Source of the DNA: Gnetum montanum
Taxonomy: Eukaryota > Plantae > Gnetophyta
DNA: 64,000 bases
Direction: 5' to 3'
Assembly (NCBI GenBank): GCA_015680685.1
Contig: MNCI01002976.1
Coordinates: 7,223-71,222 of the forward strand
Positions 38,890 to 52,750 of this stretch are shown in pieces (position 1 is the first letter of the stretch; every line of letters starts with the position of its first letter). The notes under the pieces were generated by a model. It did not search any database. It worked only from the letters and a program-made list of their open reading frames with translations, and was not told where the DNA came from. Position numbers and translations under genes: made by a program.

Positions 38890-39880
38890 TTATTTTTTGC
38901 AACCAAAACCTTTGAGAAATCAATGCTGGTCTTTCCCCCTTTGTGACAAAAACTGTAGCATGGAAGTTGTAGGTGGTTAGGTTTTGGCTTTTCACAAAAA
39001 TATTTAGTGAATTTTATAGCCCAAAGCCAATGTTGATATCTCTTTCCCCCTATTGTTTTTACTACCAAAACAATTTTCTCTAGTTTCTAAAGTGAGTGGT
39101 TCAACTCATATATGAGTTGGCTCCCCCTCCCACCCATCCCCAACCCCCAAAACTTTTCCAAGCTAAGAAAATTAGCAACTACCTAAAATCAATTTTAGTG
39201 AAAAACTACTAATTTTTCACATTGGCTGTTAGCCTTTCTCCCCATCAATGTTGAGGTAGGAGGTGTGAGATTTCCATCATCTCACCTCCCTTCTTACCCC
39301 CCTCTACCATACCCAGCATGAAAGTAGTTGGGAGGCCAGCATTGGTTAAGTTTGAAACCAATTTTTTAACCAAATCTACTTTTTTTTGTAAGTTGAAAGC
39401 CATTTTCTAGCCAAAACTCTGAAGAAATCCAATGCTACCTTTACCCCCCTTGTGGTAGAAACCTTAGCATAGAAGCTATAGGTGGTTTGGGTATTGGAAT
39501 TTCACAACATCTATTATGAATTCCTAGAACAAATCCAATATGGAGGCCTTGATAAAAATTTAAATTTTTTTGCCATAATCTTTGTTACTAAACCAACATT
39601 GGTTTCCATACCAACCAAGCCTATTGTTCCCTTCTTTTTGGTGAAAGTTGTAAACCTACAAAAACCATCTTTGGAAATTTCCAAACTTTCATTTTTGGTC
39701 TTCAAACATTCCCCCCTCTCTCCAATGTTAGAATAAGAAGGTGTGAGATTTCCATTATCTCACCTCCCTTCTTTCTCCCTTTGTCATACCTATCACAGAG
39801 GCACTTGGGAAGCCAACTTAGGTGAGCTTTGAAGCCAATGTTGCCAATATTCTATTTCTAGTAAAGGGATAAACCCCCCT
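38890..39880. repeat. ~480-510-bp diverged direct duplication upstream of gag B
   Basis: 38900-38995 resembles 39410-39505, and 39236-39360 resembles 39715-39840. Confidence 0.75.
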
Positions 39881-40777
39881 TAAGTATATCAATTTTTTGT
39901 CATTTTCATTTTCTCTAAGAGTTTTTGAATTTCATTGACTAGAATTTACTCTTATTTTAACATTTATAGCAGATTCTTTTAAGCAATTCTCAGGATTATA
40001 GCCATGTCTTTCTAAAAATCCATCAAATTTCCCTTCACCTTCACTAGTAAAGATCCTAACCAATAGGTGATGAGGGTTTATGATCCCAAAGACCCTACAA
40101 TCATTGAGTGTAGGTGATCTTTGAGAGTCAATGGGGACAATCCTAATTTTGCAGCCATAAATGAAGATCATTATGACTTCATTTGTGCCAAAGTATAGGC
40201 AAGCATGCTAATTCTAAAAATTGAAGTTGAGGTTAAAAGGGAGTTTAAGCTCATACACAAAGGTGAGAAAGACTACGTTCCTTTCCTATATGAAGAAATT
40301 TCCCTTAACGATTTCTATTCTAGCATCCTAGCCCAATTGATTACCACAAAAGAGAAGGATGCCTAGCATATCATTCGGGAACAACAGGAAGAAGAGGATG
40401 AATTTAGGATAGAGTCTAAGCCTGAAAACACCCTTGGAGGGCTATTCCAACAAACATACCCCAACATTACAAAACCTTCTCCTAATGCCTTTATTTTCTC
40501 CATGTGCATGATGCCACCATCTTCCACTCATCTACATCCTACTATGGTAGATCCCATGCTATTTGTAGCTACACATCACACTTAGTCAATGCCACAAACA
40601 ACAAGCTATAATGCATCACTACCATTTACAACACAACCATGATATACAAAATCATCAATAGTGGCTTTTACCACCACAAATCCCCTAACTAATCACATGG
40701 GATCTACCATGATACCCCTAGCAACACAAGGGTCACACACCACATTTGTCCCATTTGTGCCTCAAGTACCAACACAA

Positions 40778-41079
40778 NNNNNNNNNNNNNNNNNNNNNNN
40801 NNNNNNNNNNNNNNNNNNNNNNNNNNNNNNNNNNNNNNNNNNNNNNNNNNNNNNNNNNNNNNNNNNNNNNNNNNNNNNNNNNNNNNNNNNNNNNNNNNNN
40901 NNNNNNNNNNNNNNNNNNNNNNNNNNNNNNNNNNNNNNNNNNNNNNNNNNNNNNNNNNNNNNNNNNNNNNNNNNNNNNNNNNNNNNNNNNNNNNNNNNNN
41001 NNNNNNNNNNNNNNNNNNNNNNNNNNNNNNNNNNNNNNNNNNNNNNNNNNNNNNNNNNNNNNNNNNNNNNNNNNNNNNN
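40778..41079. other. Assembly gap (302 N)
   Basis: Run of n within gag of copy B. Confidence 1.
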
Positions 41080-43930
41080 TGACACAACACTTGACCAACT
41101 CATGAAGGTCAAGAAAGGGCACTTAGAACCTATATAAAAATTCATTCAATGGTGGAATGGATTATTCAATGAAATACTAGAGCCCATAGCCAAAGCCCAC
41201 TTGTTAGCCATGTTCAAGGGAGTAGTTAATGACTTCATCAAGTCTAAACTCTACTACCTTAATCTATGGCCTTTAAGCTAAGCATTCTCACAAATAAAAA
41301 ATATAGAGGATGTTGCAAAGGCCAACCATGATTTAGGCTATATATCATATAAAAACCAACAAACTTGAAGAGACAATGAAAAGAGTGAACACAACAACAC
41401 TACCATAGCAACTATAACCAAAGAAGCCAAGGCCTCAAACCAAGGGCTAAAGTTCAACCCATCCAAGGTCTCCACCAATGACCATAATAACCAACTATCA
41501 ACTTCTAGGACTAATGCATTGACAAAAAATAAACCTAACTTCAAAAGGAAGGATAGGTTTAAATACACTACATTACCACTAAAATCATCCAAGTTGCTAG
41601 ACCAACTATTAAGAAGTGAATGTATGCAACATAAACAAATGACTAAAGCCACTCAAAAGAAACTCAAGTGACTATGCAAAATAGCCAAAGATCCTACTTG
41701 GGTAACAAAGGATGATCCTCATTTTTCTAAATACATCAAGATAGACTACTTCTATCATTATCATTGACTACCTGGTCATGATATAAACTTCTACCTTACT
41801 TTGAAGGATGACCTGCAAAGGATGATAGATAAGGGAAATTGGTCTTAGATGCTTCTAACCTAGTTCGACCACAAAACTACTTAATTCAAGTCTACAAAGA
41901 TCCTTTGAATGCTAATGATAGCTCCTATGTTATATTGGCATCCAACATCAATAACAACCAGAGACCTACAAGAGAATAGTTTGTGATCTAGGTATCCCTC
42001 TACAATGAAAGAGTTTCTTCAGCTTTTCATAGCTCAAGATCTCCCTTCATTATGAGAGTACCATCATGAATGCCTTTAAGGAAACCTTTTGTTATCAAGG
42101 TTTCCCAACCCAATACAACCTATATAGCTATAGTCCAACCAACTACACAATGACCTGCTATGGTGGCTAATGTGACTATCTCTTCTTTATAGCCAATAGC
42201 TAACAACCAAAAAAATGTTAGCCAACCAAAGGAAGAAGCATAAGAAAAGGCCTAACAACATGGGAGAGAAGTAGATAGAGGCATAAAAGGAAGTGGATCC
42301 ACTGAAGCCCACTCCCATTTTAGCTATACCTATTACCTTCTTTACCAGCAAGCCATAAGAGGACACTAAATTCCACAACCAAAACAACCAAAAAGAGCCA
42401 CAGTAGCCATAGCTTAAAGCCAAAGTTTGCATTTTGTGACACATTGAGGAAGTAAAGCAATAATCCCATAGCCAACAAAAAAAACATTTCACTATAATGG
42501 ACATAGTCAGGTAATCACTTAAGGCAAAAAAAACACAAGCTTAAGCTTATATAACCTAATCATGACTTCTACCACACATTGTGAGGCACTAGTCAAAATG
42601 TTGACCTCCATATTTATTAGTGAAGATATTCCCACTAATGAGGAAGCGATCCATGTAGTGATGATTCCTTCATTACTAGGAAAGGAGAAGTTAACACCAT
42701 TAACATTTTGCAATAGCAAAATTAATGTGAATCCCTAGAATGGTGAAATATGATCCCTTTATTTATAATGATATGCATCAGAAAATTTAAAATACATTTG
42801 GTGCATGTTATTGAGGGAGCTACAACCAATTTCATTCCTTTCACCATCATTGAATGCTTGAGCCTAACTGAACACATACAACCTACAACCACTACAGCTC
42901 TTAAGTCCTTCAATGGATCAAGATTTTTCCTCAAGGGGTCTATCTTCTTAGAGTTTGTAGCTAGAGAACAATTCCCTACAACTATAAATATTTGGTGGTG
43001 GAACAGACACCATGATTCAACCTGATCCTCGGATACCTTGGTTCACTTAATTATGAGCTATCTCCTTGCTCATCCATCAAGAAATTCACCTTCCTTATGA
43101 GGGAGGTGAAATCATCATTCATGGTGATAATGTAGCTCCCCTAGCTATCAACAATGTGGGCATAGAATAGGGGTCCAAGCTCCTAGCCATGAAGAGCAAA
43201 AATCCAAGACAACCAATGCTGACAATGACAAGAAATAAGATACATTATGGGATGAACTTCCTTTTAACATTGTAAGTGAAGAGGATTGCAAATACAATCT
43301 TGTGAAGATTATAAAGAATCTACACAAGTAAAGTTTACCTTAACCTTCCCATGCCTCTATGATTGAATGCCACGATAACCAAATAGCCTTTTTTTTTTGC
43401 AATTTATTATATCTTTGTTATGCACGTAGCCTATGTATGTAGCCATAAATTTATTTGCATTGATTTTTTACAACCTTTCTTTATTTTTACTTATATTTTA
43501 AATATTAAAAAAAACATCTCTTTTAGACATGTCCCACTAAGGCCTAAAATTGGCATAAGATGTTAAACTGGCAATGTAGCCATGATCAAATTGTATAACT
43601 TGTGCCCAAAAATGGCCTAAAACTAGCAAACATCCCTTTTGTCATCATATCTCTCATTTCTTAGCCTATTATTACATCAATTAGCCATAACCAAAAACAT
43701 AAACATAGCCATTTTTAAGGTTTATAATATTTACAATATTTACTGCTACTATAAATGCATATAGCCAAAAAATAAAATCAAATACTCAAATTTAAAATTA
43801 AAATGTTCATAACACATATAGCCATAACCACAATGTGTAGAAATGATGCCAATGAATAACCATCCATAACATAGTTTTGGCTAACCATAGCTATCAACAT
43901 AAAAATAAAAACAAACTAATCTAAAGGAGG

Positions 43931-46900
43931 CTATTGAGTGTCATCTAGAGGAGGAAGTGGTGGGTCATTCCCACCCTTACTACTGAGACTGCCAATGTCA
44001 ACTGAGGCCTAAAATTCAATAACATATAGCTAGTTAGTAATCCATTGCCAAAATTATGACTTAAAACAAATACTAAAGCATAAAATATATTAAACCTATG
44101 GAGAGTCTAGCTTCATTACTTCTAGGGATAGATGGGAAAGGCCCTCCTCCAAATGATTGAGGATTTGGTCCTCTGTAATGTTGACCTAGTCAACATTCCC
44201 AAGTTCAATATCAAAATAATGTTAAATCTATCTATAGGAGTCTAAGTAGGAGGCTTATGAGTAACAATAGCTATAGTAGTATCACCTATAATGGTACTAA
44301 TCTAAAGAGTAGGGGATTACCCCACCTTGAGAGTACTTTCAAAAAGTTGATAAGCACTCTTTGCTTGGATCCCCTGAATGAATAGTTCTCTCTTGTGTCA
44401 TTCAATTGACTCTTCCTTAAGCCATTTTATGTAGGCCCCATGATCAACCTTATACTTATGCTTGTGGGCCTTTTGTGTCTTGCCCGACTACAGGACCCGA
44501 GCACAATGATCCTTTTAGTCCTTAACCTTTTGGAAGATGATGTCCATATGCATACGTTGCTCTACAATCTCGTGTAGGATTGCTACTTTGTCCTAAATAG
44601 CATGCCAGTAGCAGGCCCAAGTGATCTCCTTGGTTTATAACTCCCCTAAGTTAGCCACTTGGGCTTCCACAAAGGCTTTATGGTCTTTGAGATTCCTAAT
44701 TGTATCCTCCTATCTTTGAACCTTTTCCCTCAAGATCATAGCTTCCTTCCATAGGAATTCATTGGAGCTCTCTAGCTCCCATGGTGCTTTTGCACATGAC
44801 ATTGCTAAATCAATGGCAATGTTGTGCAGCTTCACTAGTACACTAAAAATGTCATAGAGAAGTATAGGCAAGGAGTCTACCTCTATGTATCTACTAGAGG
44901 CCCACTCTATAGATGGTACTGCACAAAGCATAAAATACAACTGTAAGACAAAACCTAAGATAGACATAATACAAACAAAACCTACAACCAAAGCACATAA
45001 AAAAAATCCTTGTCTATCTCAGGTGCAACTTGATGTAATCGATCGATGATATCCTTAGTCATCCCACATAGGAACTCCACTTTATCTAGAGTCTCTACCC
45101 ATGGGTTTGCACAAAACTTAGGGATGGGAGCCTCTATTGGTATCATAGGAACTAATGTAAGCATAATAATCATCAAAAGGTTAGGATGACAACCAAATAT
45201 AACCAGTAAGATATAACAAAAATAGTGAGGCATAAGCATACTTAGCTTCTTCTTCTTCTCCTCCTCCTCTAGGATGATGATGGGAGAGGTACTTGGTATG
45301 ACCTCACCAAGAAAGGCATCTAAATCATCTATACCTACATCGACAAGTCCTCCAACCATGGGTTTCTTTAGAAGTGCTTCTTCTACATGCCTTTGTTCTA
45401 CCTCTATAGCAGATTGGGCTACTATAACTTGTCACTTATCTACAAGCATAGCACATAGAAAACTAGTCAACACATAAAACCATAAAGTAGCCATGAAATT
45501 TTAGAACATGAAATAGCCAAATTTAAACAAAGCATACCTACAACTTCCTATTGTGATGGATTAAGCTTAAACCTAAGCTTCTTTGAGGTAGGCTTATTTG
45601 ATACTAGGGGTGCCTCCTTCATAGGCCTTTTGAGTTTCTCTCTAACTATCCCTTCAACCTCTATGTGCCATTGTCTGGTATCCTGAACACTAGCAAGAAA
45701 TGAGAGGGGCTCATCATCATTAGTACTATCAAAGACTTGCACTACCTAGCATCAATATTCTTAATGGTGATGGATAATGTTTCATCCATCCCCTCTAGTG
45801 GATCATGGGCCTACACTATTGTATAAATGTGCTTTATCCAAGGCCTAGAAAGTTGGCTTGGGTCTTGGAAAAACCATCATCCATTCCTATACACCACCAA
45901 AAACTTTGCAAGCCTTTTTAGATAACCTATAAAAAATGCAAAGTGCATATGGATTATCATAGAGGTGTCAACACAGAGTCTAAGGATCTCCTCTTGAAGC
46001 CTTATAGCCAAAGTAGTAGCCTAATCAAATTTGATGCTCTTCATCAAAACCTTCTTAAAGGTCCACCCCTATGCTAGGCTTATTATCTTCTTTTGTGATA
46101 GTAGTTTGGGAAATGCATGAGACCTAAACATAGAATATAATTTCTTTGCATTAGGATTTGTAAAGCTATCCATAAAAATTCTAGAGTGGCCCATATTAAC
46201 ACTAAGCCGCTACAAAGCTTTCTTTTGATGGCTTGATTCCCACATTGTCCTAGTGGGAACCTTGGCCCTATCAATGGGGACACCAAAAAATTCATGAAAG
46301 AGGCCAACACCTATGTCAATGTTTCCTTAACACCTTAAATGATGGTGCTAAAGTGACCAACCTCCTCATCATAGGAGTCAATAACATGCAACATCTCTGC
46401 AACAAGAATGGAAGGAATAGGTGCCATAAATACATCAAGCAAACTTGCATGCTGAATGTTTTCTTAAATGTATCTAGGCACTTGTCCATTTAGCCTGAGC
46501 TAATGACACATCACCAAACTTTAGGATGAAGGTGTCCTCATGATGTGATCATGAAAATGGTATAGTAACATTAGTTGAGATGGAATATCCTATGAAGCAA
46601 TAACCAAAGGTTAACAACCATATGAGCAATTTCAACAACCAAGAAAAGCAATAAAATACTTAATACCATAAAACACTAGAAGCTATGTGTTCACCTTTAC
46701 TTTTCTTCTACGAAGTGGAGATTCTAGCTACAAGGGTTTGATCCATGTTATTGGCATCTACCCACCAACTATGCATCATCTTATCATCCTTGCACTTCTT
46801 GTATACAAGGTTAAACCTAGTGGTATTCATCAAAGTCCCCTTTTAATTGTTGATACATAGCAGCTCTAATTTGGAAACTCTTGGTGAATTTGTCTAAAGT

Positions 46901-48816
46901 AGTTTGGGCCACTACCAAGGTTTGGTCATTAACAATCAAGCCTTGATCATTGACCTTGTACCTGAAAGAAGTTAAATTAATGAAGCTAGGTAAGGTAATC
47001 AAGCAAAAACCATAAAAACATTATAATAATCATATTTACCCTTGTATAAAATACATGGTGCCAAGTGGGATTTGAAATAATGTGTGGGATCTATGCACCA
47101 CCATTAGGATATTGTCAGTATTATATTGACTATACTCTAGCATTGTCCAAATCTCTAAAAGGTAATGTGAACTTACAGCATCTGTAGGTCCCCCTATGAT
47201 CTTAGGAACTGGTTTATCAATCCAAATGCCTAAGGCAATAGGGTCTCCACAACAATCTTAACTACATCAGTGAACAAGTGTGACCACATCACATTTAAGT
47301 TCCTAAGGAGGTAGGCAAGGAGGTACCTTTCCCCAAGCCAAAACCACAATGAGAGCTTCCCAAGAGGCATGTCGTGTGGTGGAGTCTTGGTCTTGGGATG
47401 ACCAATGTAGCACAAAATTCCAGTAAGCTTTACTATAATGAGAATATGCATCAAGAAGACCTTGCATGAAACAAAGCAAAAACATTATGACCTATTAGAA
47501 TTACTTAGCAAATTTAGACAAAACATCTAGTTGGATGTGAAATTAGCCTCTATAAAAAGCTCAAAGGTGATTAACTAAATTAGTCTAAGCAATTTTAGAA
47601 AAAATTATTACAACATTGCATATACTTGCATCATGACCAATTGAAATTTCTTAATAAATTTAGAAAAACCTTTCCAAGTCCAAGGTGAAATTAGCCTCTA
47701 TAAAAAGCTCTTAGATGTTTATCTAAATTAGCTTAAGAAATTCCATAAAAGCATTATTACCATATTTTATAGCCTTTATAGCCAAAACATTATAACCAAA
47801 ACTATATCTTAGTCTAAATTATGCATAAATTTATGAAAAAGAATCTAGATTATGCATAAATTTGGGAGAAAAAACTAAACTATGCACAAAAACTACAATC
47901 GAGAGTTCTACCTTGATTCATATAACCTTAGCAAAAAATTCATAAAAAATTTGATTTAAGTCTAATCTGATTCCACGTCCATTGGAAAGCTAAAGCCAAA
48001 GCCTATGTAGCCATGACTAGAAACTAGGAAAAACCTTGGCCATTTTCTTATGAAAATTTCACAAATCTACATGAAATTACAAAACCGGCACAAACAACCT
48101 AACTACACAATGTTAAGAAAATAACCACAACTCCCTTGTTTCAAACACAAATTAAAAGAAACAAAAGCCATCAAAAATCTTTAAAAAAGGGCTACAAATT
48201 GATAACCTTCAAGTTCACAAATATGCATCCATTTCATTAAGGAAAAATACACAACATGGCTTGCTTTTTCATAGCGAAGGTTCAAAAATCCTAAAGCCTA
48301 AATTTCATATAGCCACTAAAATGGTAGAAATATCCAAAACCATTAACCATTTAAATTTGCATCAAAATAATGGTGTGGTATTTTTTAAAAATTTATTTTT
48401 AACAAATCCTATGGCCTAGATCTGAAAAAAATGACCATACTACAAGATTTTGAGAAAAAACACAAAACAACAAGCCTTATTTTCAAAATGAAACTTGCAA
48501 AAGCTAAAATAATAAAAAAAAAACTATATATATGCATGGGAGCAACCAATATAGGAGATGGGATTTTATCAAAATTCCATCTTAATCCCTCTATAGGAGT
48601 AGATTTGAGAAAATGGCCTCAACATCTAAAAAGCAAAAAACTAGAAAAATCACAGAAAATAAAGGCAAAAATAGGTAGAACTGCCAAGCTTGGAGTAGTG
48701 ATAGATGGAGCCTAAATGGAGATAGGCCTAGGAACCTTTGATAACTCCCTTGAATGCTCATCCATTCTTTGAATTTTGGGATTCTTGAACATTCCTCCTC
48801 TCTATTTTGGTGTCAT
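43931..48816 (-). pseudogene. Decayed multi-exon accessory gene, antisense to and inside Ogre-type copy B
   Basis: Minus-strand GT-AG introns at 46962-47039, 46590-46694, 45440-45537, 45152-45241 and 44009-44095, plus 44919-~45009 with a decayed donor. Exons read as protein-like with CAG>TAG-type stops. Candidate first exon MTPK.RGG at 48816 and a TATA-like motif at ~49005. Confidence 0.7.
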
Positions 48817-49080
48817 GATAGGCTCAATGTTGAGGAAGATGGAAATTGGAAGAAGATAGAAATTCTATGCTAGTTGCAGAGGAGATTAGAGGCTTCCATG
48901 CTAAATATTGGTTATGGCTACCACAAGAATCTCTATTAGAGCTCTCCTTTGATGCACTGTTGTTGAAGAATGATGTTATGATCAAATTTTGCAAAACTTA
49001 ACTTATAAAACCCATCTAAAACCTAGACAAAATCCCAATTGTTAGAAAAAGGGGAGAAAGTCTAGTTCACATTGGTTTGT

Positions 49081-49150
49081 TGGGGAGGGGAGGGTGGGGT
49101 GGGGGGTGTGGAGGGGTGGGGGACTGGAGGGGGAGGGGGAGAAAGAGGGG
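49081..49150 (+). other. G-run tract (potential G-quadruplex)
   Basis: About 10 runs of G3-G6 in 70 bp. Confidence 0.8.
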
Positions 49151-49299
49151 TTAAACAACTTCATTTTTCAAAATTTTAAATTTTTGGATTATGGGCCCCA
49201 CCCTACTCCTTCCCTTTTGACCAAACTTGCATCAACAATGAGATTTTTACTCATTTCAACAATTAAAACATTATGGCAACCTTACCCCCATGAATCCAT

Positions 49300-52200
49300 G
49301 CTATGAATACCATGCCCAATGTTGAAACATATTTATCATTTTATAAATTCATTAGACATACAAATATCTTTCTATTTTCAATAACCTAGACTTACCTTTT
49401 TCAACTTCAAGTTTCCAAATTTGGGCAAAACATGAGAAAGGCTAGGTACCATGGATTTACACATTGAGGCAACAATTCCCAATGTGGAAGAAGGGGAGTA
49501 ACACTCACTTGTGCCTCCTAATACTCATCTAGCATAATTTTGATCCAAAAGTGGACCCCACATGACCTAGAACCCCTCTAAGCATCTTTGGTAGCCTCAA
49601 AACCTTACTAAACTTAGTTAAAATTGGTCAAAACTATTTGAAATATAGGATTTGATGTGTTTCATGCTGAGGAAGACTTCTTCCATGTTGAACCTCTCAT
49701 GCTCAGTGTGGATAGATGGGGGGAAGCCAAAAATGACCTAAATTGATGACCTAATGACCATTTCCTAATGCCTGATGATCACTAGACCCTATTGAAACCC
49801 TCCAGCACTTCCAGAAGCTCCAAAATGGATCAAAATGGTACAAATATATCATACCCTTCTCATCCATGCTGGGGCCATCATTTCAAATGTGGAAGAAAGG
49901 GGGGAGGTTGCATGAGGTACATAGAAGGTTCCAAACTATCAAATCTTAACACCCAACATTGACCATCAACATTGGCAACCTTGGAGGTTGACATGCATGG
50001 TCGATCAACTATCAATTTAGCCTAGATATGACTATTTCTAGTGAGGGGAACTCTTCCATGCTGAGCCTTCCACCCTCAACTTGCAAAAAAATGGGAAAGG
50101 ACTAAAAGCCTCCTCATAGCCTCCAAAATAACTAGATCTCAACCTTAGGCACTGATGGCTTACACCAGCAACCCTGTGAGCACTCATGCAATGCTAGATC
50201 AACCAAAATGATCAAAAAAGTTTTCCCCCAAAATTTCCACACTAGGCATGGAAGCACCAATGTGGAGAAAAAAGGGAAGCCAAAAAAAATGCCTTATGAC
50301 CCTTGAAATAGTCAAATTTTAATGTTAGAATGTAGCAAGTGACATCAACAACCTTGTAAAAGTGCATGCATGGTTGAAAGTCACCATAGAGGATCAAAAA
50401 TATTTCCCCCAAATTTTCCACACTAATCATGGGTTCCCTAGCCTAGAAAGTGGGGGGTAAGTTCAAAAAATGCCTTATGACTCTTGAAACTATCAAATGT
50501 TAACATTAGATATTAACAGTCAATGACAATAACTTAGGAAGCCTATATGCATGTCTAAAAATGATCAAAACACTTTTCCCCAAACTTTCCACACTAAGCA
50601 TGGAGGGTCTAACATGGAAAAAGAAGGGGTAAGTTCAAAACTTGTCTTATCAATCTTGAAACAACCAAGTTTTCACATCAAGTAATAGTAGTTGACACTA
50701 GTGACCTTAGAAAACTACATACATGAGTGAAAAAAGTGGTAAAAAAGACCAAAAATCTTTCCCCCACTTTTCTACCCTAATAATGGAAGCCTTATAATGG
50801 AAAAAGGGGGAAAGCACAAAACCCACTCATCAACCTTCAAGATAGCAAAAGTTTTACACCAAGCATTGACCATCATTGTTAGCAACCTCAAAAGTTTGCA
50901 TACATGACCAAAAGTGATCATAAAGATCCAAAAATCTTTTCCCCCAATTTTCCATGCTAAGCATGGAAGCTCTAAAGTGAAAAAAAGTGGAGGAGTCTAG
51001 AAACCATTTTAAAAACCTTTAAAATGACTATTTTTTATTCCAAACCCTAGTTCTCAACCCTGACAGCCTTAGAGGCTGACATGCATGGTCAATTGAACTT
51101 AAGTCTAGGCTATATCTAAGTTTTATGATGTCACCATGTTGTAAATTCTCCCCTCCATGATGCTTAGTGTGTAAATTAAAGGAAAAACCTATTTTCAGTC
51201 CATAACTACCTTAGAAAAACATTAACCAAACTTGTATGTACACTAGGACCCTGTTAACATAATTTGGAACTTTCAAACTTCAAGAAACTAATCTTAGAAG
51301 GCTAAAAATCCATTCCCCCTTATTTTCCATGATAAGATCTCCATCCCTAGTTTGGGAAGAAGGGGGAAATTTCAAAAAACACTTAGTGATACTCAAAGTT
51401 GCCAAAACTTGATACCAAACTCTAGTCCTCGACCCCAATAGCCCTAGAAGTTGGCATGCAAAGTTGATTGAGGTTAAAATTGGCCTAGATCTGAGATGCA
51501 TGATTCTTGCACAATGGGGATCCCATTTTCCACATTGATGGTAGCTTCCTAAAGATGAAAAGTCAAGGGAAAACTTATTTATAACTTCTAAAAACCTCAA
51601 AAGGACATCAAATGACCTTTCCTACACTCTAGAACCCTTGTAGCAGCTATCAAAGCCCTTAAACTTCAAAAAAATGATGTTAGATGGCCAAAAATCCATT
51701 CCCCCTTGTTCTCCAAGATGATTTCTCTATCCCTATTGTGGAAAAAAGGGGGGAAGCCAAAAATCCACTTAGGGATGCCCAAAACTACTTAATTTTGACA
51801 TCAATCCATAGTCCTCGACCCTGACAAGCCCAAGAGGTAACATGCACAATCAACTGTGACTCAAATTGACCTAGATCTAAGCTTCTTTCTTCCTCCATGT
51901 TGAAGTAACTTTCCTAGCATGAAAACAAGGGGGAAAGTTATTTTTCCACTTTTGAAGACAAGATGACACGCCCAAAAGCCAAAGAGCTTTGTAAGAGAAG
52001 CCTAGGACCTCACAACCTCTAGATTTTACTTGTTTAACCTCATTTCAACCTTCAAAAGTTATTTTCCCCATTCTTCCATGTATGAGTAACTCCCTCAACC
52101 TGGAAATATAGGGGTAGAAATTAAGTAACCTTAAATAGCCTTCAAATGTGGCCAAAAGTAGCCAGAAACTTGTAGAATTAAAGTTTACAAACCTAGGGGC

Positions 52201-52750
52201 CTAGAAACCTATTCAAAGTGCCCTAAAATTACTCTAAATTCACCAAATAAGTGTCTTCATACTTTTCCATGTTGAGGATACTATGCCCCATGTGGAGAAA
52301 AGTAGGAAAACCATTTCAACACTTCAAAATGAACTCAAATTACATTGGAACAAAGTTGGGAGATGCACAAGTTCCAAATTAGGACTCCAACTACCTATTT
52401 GACCATGTTTGACCTTATTTGTGCTTGGATTTTGGTTCCCCATGTTGAGGCCCCCCTCTTTTCCACACCAGCCAATGTAGAAATAAGGGGGCAAGGCTTC
52501 AAAACCTGCTTTTGGGCCTTTACAGACCTCTGGGGAGCTCAATTTTGATGGATCTAATGTTTCGCTACCTTGGGAAGGTCCAAATACCTTAATTTTTGAC
52601 CCCTAAGCTCCCTAGAACATTTTTTCCTTAGTCCCCATACTAAGGATCCCTATTTCCACATTGAGCCCAACATGGAAGCCTTAAAACACTTGATTTTGGG
52701 ATCTAGATAGCCTAGAAATAGCCTTGATTGATGCTTGAACTCACCTAATA
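49300..52750. repeat. ~180-bp tandem array with palindromic core in the PR-RT interval of copy B
   Basis: Units start near 50212, 50392, 50564, 50750 and 50929 (ATCAAAAA..TTCCCCCAAA.TTTCCACACTA.GCATGG...TGGAAAA.GGGG), with more diverged units on both sides. Confidence 0.85.

Noticed and set aside
40661-41145. Five ORFs spanning 40661-41145
   Set aside because: Artefacts of the 302-N gap.
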